From Bacteroidales bacterium (lineage in GTDB: Bacteria; Bacteroidota; Bacteroidia; Bacteroidales; FEN-979), in assembly GCA_025355465.1 (NCBI GenBank), contig JANXZO010000025.1, forward strand, positions 6,286-70,285: a stretch of 64,000 nt of DNA, in the 5' to 3' direction. This document shows, piece after piece, positions 46,548 to 56,871 of this stretch (the stretch's first letter is position 1; each line of letters starts with the position of its first letter). The notes below the pieces were generated by a model. The model was not told the DNA's origin. It did no database searches and saw nothing but the letters and a program-made list of their open reading frames with translations. The position numbers and the translations under genes were made by a program.

Positions 46548-48935
46548 CTACTTGTTAGTCACGATTTCAAATGAATTACCAGGCAGGCTAAGCGAAATTT
46601 TTCCGTCTGTCAGGGTGAAAGTATTGCCGAACCTGGCGGTTAATTCTGTTGTTCTAAAGCGATCGGGCAGCTCAAATTCTATTTTACGGGAAGCTCTGTC
46701 TTTGTTGAAAATGACCACGACGGCTTTATCGAAGTATGAACGCAGGTAAACATAGACCTTGTCATTTACTTTCAGGGTGGTGAAATCTCCGTAAACAAGC
46801 GGCAGACTTGAGCTGCGAAGCCGGGTAAGCTGACTTGTGACAGATTTCAGGTAGGTCTCGTGCTTATCCAGGCTGTCGAGTTTCATCATCCGGCGGTTGT
46901 CGGGATCTCCGCCTCCGGGTAGACCAAACTCATCCCCGTAAAAAATTACCGGGACCCCCGGGATGGTCATGTTGAAGGCGATCATGGATGCCAGCTTCCT
47001 GTAACCGACCGTATCTTTCACCCGGATGTCTCTTTTCCAGCCAGCCTCCGTGGCATCTTCCATAAAACTTAAGGCATCGCTGGCATAGGAGATAAAACGA
47101 GGCATGTCCTGGTTGCCGGTGATATTTCCCATCAGATTGTGTTCGCCATAATAGTCGAACGACTGCTGCAGTGAGAAATTAAGGTCGCGGAACGAGGCGT
47201 TGTCGGTGGCAAATGAGTTGCGGACATCCCAGTAGAGGTTAAATTCAAACTGGGCATCGAGCATTCCGGGATTGATATAGCTCTTCACAAGTTCACGGCT
47301 GCCAAATGTCTCGCCGATCTGGAACACCTCCCTTCCTTCAGGGATTACCACATCGCGGTTCAGTTTTTCCGTGAGCAACCGCCAGTAGTTCTCGGGAACA
47401 TGTTTTGCAGCATCATGGCGCATTCCGTCCAATTTGTATTGTTTAATCCAGAAGGCGGCTGAATCACTCACCATCGCTGCAACTTCCGGTTTTGTGAGAT
47501 CAAATGTGGGCAGAAAAATATCGAACCAGGTTGTCAGTCGTTGTTCATCCCAGTTCCGGATATTTTTTCGTTTACCGGGCAGGTCCAGTTGTGTAATCCA
47601 GTCGGGATGTGTTTTAAGCACTGGATAATCCTGATGTGCATGATGAGAAACAAAGTCGAGGATCACGTTTATACCCTTGCTGTGGGCTTCGTTCACCAGC
47701 CGCTGCAATTCGTCTGGCGTTCCAAACCGTGTATCGATCGTATTCAGCGAAATAGGCCAATAACCATGATAACCAGAGAATTTCCTGTGCGGGGCAGGGA
47801 ATTCATTGAATCCGGTATAGGGGTTCTGTGTGATGGGCGAGATCCAAAGGGTATTGATTCCGAGACTGGTGAAATATCCATCTTCAATTGACTTGGTTAT
47901 CCCGGCAAGGTCACCGCCCTTATAGTTCACCCGGGGGTCAATTTCCTTGTCTTTTACCGGGGCATCATTCGCGGTATTTCCGTTGCGGAAACGGTCAACC
48001 ATGGCGAAGTACATAATCATCGCCTCCTGATCGGTGCGCTTCAGCTTGGATGCATCGGTAAGCACTTTGCCATCCCGCACCGGGACAAGGATCTGGTTGG
48101 AGATGCCTGCTGAATTTACCGCCCATACGCGGATAAAGCTTCTCGTATATGATTTGGCTTTTCGCGGAATGTCAATTGTAAGTCCGGCGCTGTCTCGCCT
48201 CCAGAATTTCTGGTCAAGCAGGTGATTGGACCACAGCACGAAGATCGTGTCGGCTTTGTTTTTTAATCCGATGCTGACTTTGCGTCCATCCGCCATCCGG
48301 GTGAACAAGCCAGGAAGACCGGACGGATTAAGATTTCCGATCGTGAGCAGGGAATTGTATCCACCGCTTCCATTGGCAACAGAATCCTTGCAGTTGTGGT
48401 CGTTCTTCATCTTCCCATCCAGAAATAGTTTATACTGGTACTTCCCGGGGAACAGACTAAGGTCGATATGCCATTTCTTATCTTTCTCAAACATATAACC
48501 TGCTACCGGATTCCAGTCATTCATCTGACCCGAAAGCTGAACCCGTTTATATTTTTTATTGCCCGGATCAAAAGTGTAACGGTACCGTGTTTTTGTAGAA
48601 CGCTCAAGAAGAAGTGAATAGGGGTATCCTTTCGACCACACTTCCATCACGCTCATTCTTGGAAAATTGCGGTCGACGGGCCTGATCACCATCTTGCCCG
48701 AATCGGGGGTGATGTAAAAGGAGAGTTGGGGATTTATGAAAATGGAATCTAATTTGTTTGGGAAGCGGAAATAATCCCGGAGTTCGATAACGGTTGAGTC
48801 GAGGGTGCTTACGAGAACCGGAGCCGTAAGTTTTATCATCTGGGGTTCCGTAGAAACCCGGATGTCGTCGTTTGATCCGCAACCCGCAAGAATCAATAAA
48901 TTCAATCCCAAGAGTAAGTAAAGCAGTTGTTTCAT
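46548..48935 (-). CDS. GH13 alpha-amylase/pullulanase-like lipoprotein with an E-set/CBM48-like N-terminal module
   Basis: Lipobox LILAGC. The segment VQLSGQMNDWNP...GKYQYKLFLDG is CBM48/E-set-like. GH13 regions INVILDFVSHHA, LDGMRHDAAKH, FQIGETFG and ITGNQDMPRF. Confidence 0.85.
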   Translation of the reverse strand: MKQLLYLLLGLNLLILAGCGSNDDIRVSTEPQMIKLTAPVLVSTLDSTVIELRDYFRFPNKLDSIFINPQLSFYITPDSGKMVIRPVDRNFPRMSVMEVWSKGYPYSLLLERSTKTRYRYTFDPGNKKYKRVQLSGQMNDWNPVAGYMFEKDKKWHIDLSLFPGKYQYKLFLDGKMKNDHNCKDSVANGSGGYNSLLTIGNLNPSGLPGLFTRMADGRKVSIGLKNKADTIFVLWSNHLLDQKFWRRDSAGLTIDIPRKAKSYTRSFIRVWAVNSAGISNQILVPVRDGKVLTDASKLKRTDQEAMIMYFAMVDRFRNGNTANDAPVKDKEIDPRVNYKGGDLAGITKSIEDGYFTSLGINTLWISPITQNPYTGFNEFPAPHRKFSGYHGYWPISLNTIDTRFGTPDELQRLVNEAHSKGINVILDFVSHHAHQDYPVLKTHPDWITQLDLPGKRKNIRNWDEQRLTTWFDIFLPTFDLTKPEVAAMVSDSAAFWIKQYKLDGMRHDAAKHVPENYWRLLTEKLNRDVVIPEGREVFQIGETFGSRELVKSYINPGMLDAQFEFNLYWDVRNSFATDNASFRDLNFSLQQSFDYYGEHNLMGNITGNQDMPRFISYASDALSFMEDATEAGWKRDIRVKDTVGYRKLASMIAFNMTIPGVPVIFYGDEFGLPGGGDPDNRRMMKLDSLDKHETYLKSVTSQLTRLRSSSLPLVYGDFTTLKVNDKVYVYLRSYFDKAVVVIFNKDRASRKIEFELPDRFRTTELTARFGNTFTLTDGKISLSLPGNSFEIVTNK

Positions 48936-48980
48936 TTCCCTGAAAATTAATGGTTAATTGACAAATCTTAAATGATTATC

Positions 48981-50417
48981 CTAATTTTTAATTGTAATCA
49001 CCCTGCTGTGTGTTTTGCCTCCGGCAGAGAGGGTGCATAAGTAGTTTCCGGCAGCGTAACTACCTCGGTAGAGACTTACCAGATTGCCTGACTGAGCGAT
49101 CATGCCCGAAAAAATTGTTTCAACCATTTTACCTCCGGCGGTGGAAAGTGTAAGGGTGGCATAGGAACCCGGTGGCGCTGTGAAACGGATCAGGGTCTTA
49201 TCCCGGAAGGGGTTAGGGTGGTTTTGTTCCAGCCGGAAACCAGGCTGATCACCGTTTTCGTTAATTCCATCGGGGATACGAAAAAACTGTTCCAATGGAA
49301 TTTTAAGATGCTCTTTCCAATTACCCCAACTGTGCCCCTGGTGAATTTCCAGCATCTGGTGATTGTAGTTTCTCAGGGTAAGAACAGAATCCAGCTGATG
49401 AACCATGGGAATCAGCACCGGGATATCATATTCGCCGATATCCAGATAAAAAACGAGATTGAGCTGTGGTCCGTTGAGAAGCGTGCTGGTGATAGCCGGA
49501 ATTACGTTGCTGGATTGGGCCGCAATGCAGCCGAGTGCCTCCGGATGGCGGATTCCAATGTATAATGCAATATTTCCGCCGTTTGAAGCACCAAGGGTTG
49601 CCCTTCGGTCAGGTTCCTTGCTGGTGTGGTACCTGGAATCAATATCTGGCAGCAACTCCTCCGTGATAAAGGCAGTAAAAAGGTCAATTTTGGCTCCGGC
49701 ATACTCTGCATCGCGGTTCACGGGTGGGACAAAAATTCCGATTACCGGCATGATCCTGCCCTGCGAGATGAGGTAATCCAGCACATTGGCAGCAGCGCCG
49801 AGGCTAAGGTAGTCGGGGCCGTCGTGAAAAACGATCAGGGGGTACTGCTTCCCTGTTTCAGGATAACCGGGCGGGAGGTAAATGCGGATATTCCGGCTGT
49901 TGCCAAGGTTGCTGCTGTAAAATGTTGTGTCGTGAATCCTGCCATGGGCGATTTCTGAATGATAGACGATTTCGGGAGGAGCCGGATCCTGGGGCATCCG
50001 CAGTTCGGAATTCGGACCATATCCACCGGTGCAGGTATTCGGATTGCGCGGGTCGAGTATCCAGTTATTTACATTCACAACGACTTTGTAATCAAGTCGG
50101 GCATCAGCCTCGTAATGGGTGGTAAAGTACCAGAATGTCGTCCCGCTGATCCTTTGAAGGTTGATGTCGGGACTCCAGCCTGTCTGATCTCCGGCAATGC
50201 CGACGGATTGTGCCTCTCCGGAATAGATAAAATGGACGAGCGTGTCATATTCAACCAGTGGACAGGTGCTGACTGCCGAAAGAAAACTGTCGGCCACTGA
50301 CTGCCTTGCATTTTCAGGCAGACCGTTCATCCGCAGGAGAAATTGCTGAAAAGTTTGAGCCTGCAGACTTACCGACCATAAAAAAAAAGCAAATACGATT
50401 AAACGCAGTTTATTCAT
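48981..50417 (-). CDS. Esterase-D/enterochelin-esterase-type alpha/beta hydrolase with an N-terminal E-set/CBM48-like module and a T9SS type-A sorting domain
   Basis: E-set-like VHFIYSGEAQSVGIAGDQTGWSP...LDYKVVVN. Hydrolase core PLIVFHDGPDY with nucleophile elbow GASNGG. C-terminal NHPNPFRDKTLIRF...GNYLCTLSAGGKTHSRVITIKN. Confidence 0.75.
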   Translation of the reverse strand: MNKLRLIVFAFFLWSVSLQAQTFQQFLLRMNGLPENARQSVADSFLSAVSTCPLVEYDTLVHFIYSGEAQSVGIAGDQTGWSPDINLQRISGTTFWYFTTHYEADARLDYKVVVNVNNWILDPRNPNTCTGGYGPNSELRMPQDPAPPEIVYHSEIAHGRIHDTTFYSSNLGNSRNIRIYLPPGYPETGKQYPLIVFHDGPDYLSLGAAANVLDYLISQGRIMPVIGIFVPPVNRDAEYAGAKIDLFTAFITEELLPDIDSRYHTSKEPDRRATLGASNGGNIALYIGIRHPEALGCIAAQSSNVIPAITSTLLNGPQLNLVFYLDIGEYDIPVLIPMVHQLDSVLTLRNYNHQMLEIHQGHSWGNWKEHLKIPLEQFFRIPDGINENGDQPGFRLEQNHPNPFRDKTLIRFTAPPGSYATLTLSTAGGKMVETIFSGMIAQSGNLVSLYRGSYAAGNYLCTLSAGGKTHSRVITIKN

Positions 50418-50427
50418 GGACGGGGTA

Positions 50428-51732
50428 TTATTGTTTTACCGTTGTGCGATTACTTTCGCTTACAAATAACCACAATGCTGCGGAGATGGCCAGTGATACC
50501 CCGCTGATAATAAAAATAATTCCTTTGTCAGCTGCATCTTTAATTACAGTCCCGATCACTGAACTGGCCACAAGTTGAGGGATCACTACCGAGAGGTTGA
50601 AAATGCCCATGAAAAATCCCATCCTGGCTTTATCCACCTTTTCAGACATGATTGCGAACGGCAGGCTTACAACAGCAGCCCATCCCAGGGTAAGGATACA
50701 CATCATCAGGTAAAGAATGATCGCGCTTTTTGCAAGGAAAACAATGCCAAAATAACCAAGTGACATCATGGCGACCATTAATGCATGGGTTTTTACCCGT
50801 CCGATCTTCTTGCTCAGAGGCTCAAGCAGAACCACCGGCCAGATGGCTCCGACCGCATTCAGGATAAAAAACGACCACCCGATCATTTGTCCGAGCCGGG
50901 CATTCCGGTCGGTAAGATCCGTGCCGGCAATGGCTGGTAGCTTTTGTTCGAGAAAGGCAAACATATAAACAAACATGGTCTGGATCCCGAGCCAGGAAAA
51001 TGCATGGGCCAGATATATCCGGTATAGTTGGTTATACTGAAGCAGGTTGATTTTCATACCGCTCCATGAAAGCTTGGTCCTGGCTCCTTTGGATGGTTTC
51101 TCCTGGTCGTTCAGGTAGCGGGGCTCCTGAATGAACAGCAGGGGGCCGATCGAAAAAACAAGAACGATAATAACTCCTGCATAGATCAGGAAATAGTTTC
51201 CGATCAGTGCACCCATCAGGTAGGCGCCACTGCCGAAAAGGTTTGATATCGATTGCATCCAGGTATACCCTTTGGTTCGTGGCTGTCCACCGGGTGTTAC
51301 ATCCGCTATGATGGAACGGGTAGGATTGAAACTGATGTTGATCGACAGGTCTAGGGTTAAAGCAACCGTAATGGCCACAGCCAGAATACTGCCGATCCCG
51401 AAAAAATTGTTGATCTGGTCTATGTTCGGGAGTGCGAAGATCATCAATGCCGCCAGGATACCTCCGATAATGATGAACGGCTTGCGTCGCCCGCCCCAGA
51501 ACCATACCTTGTCGCTGATGAGCCCGATAATGGGTTGCCCGATTATCCCGGCAATCGGACCGGCAGCCCACACAATGCCGATCTGGTCAATTTCGAGGTT
51601 GTATTTGGTTCTCAATATCCAGCTTAACACGGCAATCTGGATAGAAAGGGCAAATCCCATGGCAGTGCTTGGAAGTCCGAGCACTACATAAAAAATGTTG
51701 GAGAGGTTTTTCTGGATCTTGAGCATAGACAT
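50428..51732 (-). CDS. MFS sugar:cation symporter (GPH/SLC45-like, probable maltose/maltodextrin importer)
   Basis: 12-TM profile. The motif GLISDKVWFWGGRRKPFIIIG is typical of this subfamily. Located inside the alpha-glucan locus. Confidence 0.8.
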   Translation of the reverse strand: MSMLKIQKNLSNIFYVVLGLPSTAMGFALSIQIAVLSWILRTKYNLEIDQIGIVWAAGPIAGIIGQPIIGLISDKVWFWGGRRKPFIIIGGILAALMIFALPNIDQINNFFGIGSILAVAITVALTLDLSINISFNPTRSIIADVTPGGQPRTKGYTWMQSISNLFGSGAYLMGALIGNYFLIYAGVIIVLVFSIGPLLFIQEPRYLNDQEKPSKGARTKLSWSGMKINLLQYNQLYRIYLAHAFSWLGIQTMFVYMFAFLEQKLPAIAGTDLTDRNARLGQMIGWSFFILNAVGAIWPVVLLEPLSKKIGRVKTHALMVAMMSLGYFGIVFLAKSAIILYLMMCILTLGWAAVVSLPFAIMSEKVDKARMGFFMGIFNLSVVIPQLVASSVIGTVIKDAADKGIIFIISGVSLAISAALWLFVSESNRTTVKQ

Positions 51733-51760
51733 CTGTTTATTTCAACGATTCAAAACTTCA

Positions 51761-53617
51761 TTAATTCATCAACTCAACCACGAATGATGATTTGGCAGGG
51801 ATCGTCAGTTTCGACAGGTCAGGTAGTGTCTGACCGGTGATGATCTCCATCCCGGATTTGTATTTTTTCAGAAACTCATCATAACGGCTTGTGGTGATGG
51901 TTTTTGACTCTTCATTATTGTTTATCACGACCATGACCGTCTCTTTGCCTTTGTACCGGAAATAGATGTAAATCCCGTCCTCCGGAATAAAATGGCAGAG
52001 CTTCCCGGTTTGAAGAACCTCTTTCGATTTCCGGTATTTCAGCAGTCTTTCCGTAAAATTGTACATGTCGTTCTCTTTGTCGGTTCGGCCCTGCGATGTA
52101 AAAGCATTCTTCGTATCGGCAGGCCATCCCCCCGGGAAATCACTCCTGAGCGTTCCGTGACTTTTGTCGCTGCCGGTCGTCAGCAGAATTTCGCTGCCGT
52201 AAAAGATCTGCGGAGTTCCCCGCGTTGTAAGTACAAACGTCATGGCCAGCTTTACTTTCCTGATGTCGTCGTGCTGAGAATCCAGGTACCGGTTCACATC
52301 GTGATTGTCGGCAAACACCACAATGTTTGACGGATTGGCATAGGAGAAATCCTGGGCCAGGACTTCGTAAAGGCGCACAACGCCGGTATTCCATCCTTCT
52401 GGCTCGTTGAATGCCTTGTTGAGCGCATCATACAAGGGGAAGTCGAAAACCGATGGCAAATTAGAATTGTAACCGTCCCTGTTCATGGCATCCTTTTGCC
52501 AATAGGCAACAGTGGCCGGATAATTCATCCAGCATTCTCCAACGATATTGAAATCAGGGTATTCATTAAGAACAGCTTTTCCCCATTCCGCCATCATCTC
52601 TTTGAATGGGTAGGGATGAGTATCCTGCCGGATGCCATCCAACCCGGCAAATTCGATCCACCAGATGCTGTTCTGAATCAGATAGTTTTTAAGAAACGGG
52701 TTACGCTGGTTCAGGTCGGGCATTGTTTTGTCGAACCAGCCACGAACGAACAGGTTGCTGTCTCTTTCCGAAACGTACGGGTCGGTGACCGATCCGGCTC
52801 GATAGGTGGACCGGGTGAGTTCGGGCCACACGTTGATCCAGTCGGGAGAGGGGAGGTCCCGCATCCACCAGTGCCCGCTTCCGCAGTGGTTGAACACCTG
52901 GTCCATGATGAGTTTCATGCCCCGCATATGAATCTGAACTGCCAGGTTGTAGTAATCCAAATTGCTCCCAAACCTGGGATCGATCTTATAATAATCGGTG
53001 GTGGAATAGCCGTGATATGAATAGACTTGCTGGTCGTTCTCAAGCAATGGATTGATCCAGATTGCGGTGGCGCCGAGATTCTGAATATAATCGAGGTGAT
53101 CGGAAATTCCTTTGATGTCGCCACCGTGACGACCGTCTTTATTGGTACGATCGGCCTTCTCCAGAAGAAATCCCAATTTGTCGTTGGTGGTATCACCGTT
53201 GGCAAACCGGTCGGGAGTAATAAGATAGATGGCATCCGAGGAGTTGAATCCTTTCCTGGCAGCGGAACCGGGCACCCTTTCTTTGATCTCGTAGTTGTAG
53301 GATGTAACCACAGTATTGTTGACAGAAAAGGTGATTTCAACAAAACCGGGCTCTGTGTTGTCGGATAAGACGAGGTCGAGAAAAAGGTAGTTAGGATTGG
53401 CGACTTTGAGCACATCCAGCAGTTCGGGCATGTGTTTTATCTCTGACACCAGGCCGACGGTGGTCTTCGAAATATCCTTCCCGTAAACCATCAGTTGGAG
53501 GTTATGGTTTTTAAATCCGGTCCACCAGAAGGTCGGTTCGATGCGTTCCAGTTTGATCTGCTGCGAAAAAAGTGAAAACGGAACCAGATACAGTAAAACA
53601 AGGGCGAGACGTTTCAT
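51761..53617 (-). CDS. GH13 cyclomaltodextrinase/neopullulanase-type enzyme (SusA-like)
   Basis: Signal peptide. N-terminal IEPTFWWTGFKNHNLQLMVYG domain. GH13 regions MKLIMDQVFNHCG, LDGIRQDTHPY, NIVGECW and FADNHDVNR. Its 618-aa length is similar to SusA-type enzymes. Confidence 0.85.
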   Translation of the reverse strand: MKRLALVLLYLVPFSLFSQQIKLERIEPTFWWTGFKNHNLQLMVYGKDISKTTVGLVSEIKHMPELLDVLKVANPNYLFLDLVLSDNTEPGFVEITFSVNNTVVTSYNYEIKERVPGSAARKGFNSSDAIYLITPDRFANGDTTNDKLGFLLEKADRTNKDGRHGGDIKGISDHLDYIQNLGATAIWINPLLENDQQVYSYHGYSTTDYYKIDPRFGSNLDYYNLAVQIHMRGMKLIMDQVFNHCGSGHWWMRDLPSPDWINVWPELTRSTYRAGSVTDPYVSERDSNLFVRGWFDKTMPDLNQRNPFLKNYLIQNSIWWIEFAGLDGIRQDTHPYPFKEMMAEWGKAVLNEYPDFNIVGECWMNYPATVAYWQKDAMNRDGYNSNLPSVFDFPLYDALNKAFNEPEGWNTGVVRLYEVLAQDFSYANPSNIVVFADNHDVNRYLDSQHDDIRKVKLAMTFVLTTRGTPQIFYGSEILLTTGSDKSHGTLRSDFPGGWPADTKNAFTSQGRTDKENDMYNFTERLLKYRKSKEVLQTGKLCHFIPEDGIYIYFRYKGKETVMVVINNNEESKTITTSRYDEFLKKYKSGMEIITGQTLPDLSKLTIPAKSSFVVELMN

Positions 53618-53623
53618 AAAATT

Positions 53624-55135
53624 TTAGTTTTTGATCCTTATTGTTCTAGTCCTGCCAAACAGCACGGTGAGATGCGCAATTTTCTCAGCAAGTTCAGCGC
53701 TGAAATCATTCGTTTTGGCTCGCCATACCCAGTTGTTTGAAGTTGTTCCCGGCAAATTCATCCGTGCATCAGTGTCGAGGCCAAGCAGATCCTGCATGGG
53801 AACCACGGCGGTGTATGCCACCGACGACCAGGCAAGCCGAATGAATGACCAGTGGAGCTCACTTTCGTCGTGGTCTGTATAATCAAGCACCTGTTTCCGG
53901 TCGGCAGCGCCTGCTGACTTATACCATCCAACCACGGTGTCATTATCGTGGGTTCCAGTGTACACGATGCAGTTTTTTACATAATTATAGGGGATGTAGT
54001 CATTGGCTTCCGATGAATCAAAGGCAAACTCAAGGATCTTCATGCCGGGGAAGTCAAATTCATCGCGGAGTTCTTCCACATCCGGCGTGATAACTCCCAG
54101 GTCTTCGGCAATAATAGGCAGTGTGCCGAGTTCATTCCGGAGGACCTCAAAGAAATCCTTTCCCGGACCATTGACCCATTTTCCATTCATCGCCGTCTTT
54201 TCTCCATAGGGGACTGCCCAGTAGGCAGCGAAACCACGAAAATGGTCAATCCGGATCACGTCATACAGGTACAGACTGGTTTTTATACGCTCGATCCACC
54301 AACGGTATCCGGTATTTTTCATTTTCTCCCAGTCGAACAGCGGGTTTCCCCAAAGTTGTCCCGTTTCACTGAAGTAATCGGGGGGCACTCCACCCACACG
54401 GATCGGGTTCAAATTTTCATCAATTTCGAAAAATTCGGGATTGGCCCAGGCATCGGCACTGTCGAGTGCAATGTAAAGGGGAATGTCACCGATGATCTTT
54501 ACCTTGTGCTTGTGGGCATGCTCCTTCACAGCCATCCATTGCCTGAAAAAGACAAACTGCAGGAACTTGTGGTAATCGATCTCCTCATGCAACAGCGTCT
54601 GAATTACTTTCATGGCCTCTGCTTCCCGGGCTTTTAAACCGGGTTCCCATTCCAGCCAGGGGCGTTGTCCGCGGTTGGCTTTGATAGCCATAAAAAGCGA
54701 ATAATCATTGATCCATTGCGATTGGTCCTTGATAAAATTCCTGTACGCAAGCTTTTCCTGGCTGTCGCCGTACATCAGAAAATTGTGATATGCCTTGCGA
54801 AGTAACGGCAACCTCTCGTCCTGAACATCACCATAGCGAACCGGACCATCGTCGAAGTGCGGGAAATCTGCAAGGTCGTCGGGGTGGAGATATTTACTCT
54901 TTACCAGCAGGTCAAAATCTATCAGGTTCGGATTTCCTGCGTGGGCTGAAAAACACTGGTAGGGGGAATCTCCATAGCCCGTCGGACCGAGGGGGAGAAT
55001 TTGCCAGTATTGTTGTTTTGCTTTTACAAGGAAATCGATGAAATCAAAAGCGGGTTTTCCAAGGCTCCCTATCCCATATTTTCCGGGGAGAGAAGTTGGA
55101 TGAAGGAGTATTCCGCTGGCACGTTGTTTCAGCAT
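53624..55135 (-). CDS. malQ: 4-alpha-glucanotransferase (amylomaltase, GH77)
   Basis: RASGILLHPTSLPGKYGIGSLG at the N-terminus, DSPYQCFSAHAGNP, IGDIPLYIALDSADAW, IDHFRGF and YTGTHDNDT. All are hallmark MalQ motifs. Confidence 0.9.
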   Translation of the reverse strand: MLKQRASGILLHPTSLPGKYGIGSLGKPAFDFIDFLVKAKQQYWQILPLGPTGYGDSPYQCFSAHAGNPNLIDFDLLVKSKYLHPDDLADFPHFDDGPVRYGDVQDERLPLLRKAYHNFLMYGDSQEKLAYRNFIKDQSQWINDYSLFMAIKANRGQRPWLEWEPGLKAREAEAMKVIQTLLHEEIDYHKFLQFVFFRQWMAVKEHAHKHKVKIIGDIPLYIALDSADAWANPEFFEIDENLNPIRVGGVPPDYFSETGQLWGNPLFDWEKMKNTGYRWWIERIKTSLYLYDVIRIDHFRGFAAYWAVPYGEKTAMNGKWVNGPGKDFFEVLRNELGTLPIIAEDLGVITPDVEELRDEFDFPGMKILEFAFDSSEANDYIPYNYVKNCIVYTGTHDNDTVVGWYKSAGAADRKQVLDYTDHDESELHWSFIRLAWSSVAYTAVVPMQDLLGLDTDARMNLPGTTSNNWVWRAKTNDFSAELAEKIAHLTVLFGRTRTIRIKN

Positions 55136-55195
55136 AAAAGGTTTTTTATATCATGTTTGACTTAAAACAATATTCATATCCGGTATTTTTTTCGG

Positions 55196-56842
55196 TTATT
55201 TCTTCATTCCATAAGATGATAGCAGGAATAACCACTGATCGGCCATCAATTGCAATTTTTCGTTCACTTCATTATGATTGATTGATCTTATCAGGAGGAG
55301 GTTCTTGCCCGTCTGGTTCCGGCGTATGGCTGATGCGGTCATTAAAAGGTCTGTGGCGTTGTTTGCACCATTGCGCCCATGATTGATCATAAACATTTGC
55401 GGGTACTCCTGTTTAGTCCAGCCTGTAAAGCGTGGCGGGTTAACCAAAATCACCGATTTTGGCCGGATCGGCTTGTTGCTTAGCAACCGGCAAACTGGAG
55501 GACAGAAATTGTTGTTGGCATAAATCGATATCAGATCAGCAGAGGAATATTTTTCCTTTGCCATGGCATCTCCGATGGCCATGAGGTCTTTTTCCTGTTG
55601 TTCCGGTGTTCCCCCGCCAAAAGTTTCCGGATCAGCCACAGCTATTACAAAGCCACGATCGAGAAGGCTGAGAAATGAAGCATTGAATGCCGGTTCATTG
55701 TCGCTGCCTTCAAGGCTGTTAATGCAAATGAGCATCGGGTTTGAACCATCGGTGTACGCCATGTTCTGCCGCTGCATGAGGGAAAGGCAAATCTTTCTTC
55801 CGTCGTTGAGGGCAAGCGGGATCACCTTCGCGGTATAGTCATCCGGATTATAACCCTTCACCTGAGTCCTCCAGCGAATGGAAAGTTTCCGTGACCTGAT
55901 GCCGTAGGCATAGCAGGTGAGCGGGTTCCGCATGCCGGAATAACGGAATACGATCTTGTCTTCTGCAGGTTCGTAGGAAATATCACTGATATGGCCCAGC
56001 GGATCCGTAAAACTGATCTTGTTCTCTATCTTCTCCTTCTGTTGCCCGGATGGAAATATCTCGGTTATCTGCATTCCTGTCGTCATGTTTTTACGCTGCA
56101 GCAGCACGAGGTAATTTTCATTCAGAATGGTATAGCCTTCAATGAATACACTGTCGTTGGGAAGGATTGCCGTGTTCCATCCCGACTGGCCGGGATTCAT
56201 AACCGGGGCAACGAACAACTTCCGGTTGGGAGCTTTCTGGTTGGAGAGGATCCAAAAGTAATTTCCCCCGAAATGGTTTACACTGTAAATGTGGCCTTGT
56301 TCACGGGGAGAAACCAGCCTGGGCTGCTGAAGGTGCTGCAGGTCGGAGGAGAGAAAGGATACCTCGGAGGTGGTTTCTGAAAAACTTTCGATAAAAATAA
56401 AGTTACCGGATCGGGAAAGAAACACTTTCAATTTAAAGGCAGGATCGGATTCCCTGAAGAGGATCGCGTCTTCTCCCCCGGAACCGGCTTTCTTCAAACG
56501 GACTTCATTGCCGGAGATGTAAATTTTTGACTTCCCATCGGCTCCGTGGCAAGATTGAAATGCAAGACTGTCTTGCGGGTGTTTTGCCGTTTCCCGTCCC
56601 AGAAGTTCATTCAAAAGAACAGCCCGGAATTTATCATGTTGTTGAAAAAAGGCTGCCGCGTAATCATTCTCAATTCGACTGTATTTAACAATCGTTGAGT
56701 CATCCGACCCTGCCTCAATACCAGCCGGCACCTTTGGCATCGGGTGGCAGCCGGAAAGGCAGAACAGAAGCGGTAGCGCCATCAGTAAGTAAATCCGACA
56801 GGTCTCATTTTTTGCCAATTTCATCAGCACTTTACTTTTCAT
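55196..56842 (-). CDS. Prolyl-oligopeptidase (S9)-like lipoprotein that appears to lack the catalytic serine motif
   Basis: Lipobox LSGC. The beta-propeller-like N-terminal two thirds and SLLDRGFVIAVAD resemble S9A/oligopeptidase B. At the position of GGSAGG the sequence reads YANNNFC. Start set at ATG 56842 (the ORF-track start 56950 overlaps the upstream gene). Confidence 0.55.
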   Translation of the reverse strand: MKSKVLMKLAKNETCRIYLLMALPLLFCLSGCHPMPKVPAGIEAGSDDSTIVKYSRIENDYAAAFFQQHDKFRAVLLNELLGRETAKHPQDSLAFQSCHGADGKSKIYISGNEVRLKKAGSGGEDAILFRESDPAFKLKVFLSRSGNFIFIESFSETTSEVSFLSSDLQHLQQPRLVSPREQGHIYSVNHFGGNYFWILSNQKAPNRKLFVAPVMNPGQSGWNTAILPNDSVFIEGYTILNENYLVLLQRKNMTTGMQITEIFPSGQQKEKIENKISFTDPLGHISDISYEPAEDKIVFRYSGMRNPLTCYAYGIRSRKLSIRWRTQVKGYNPDDYTAKVIPLALNDGRKICLSLMQRQNMAYTDGSNPMLICINSLEGSDNEPAFNASFLSLLDRGFVIAVADPETFGGGTPEQQEKDLMAIGDAMAKEKYSSADLISIYANNNFCPPVCRLLSNKPIRPKSVILVNPPRFTGWTKQEYPQMFMINHGRNGANNATDLLMTASAIRRNQTGKNLLLIRSINHNEVNEKLQLMADQWLFLLSSYGMKK

Positions 56843-56871
56843 TTCAATGGATGATGTAATTCGTGTTTCGT

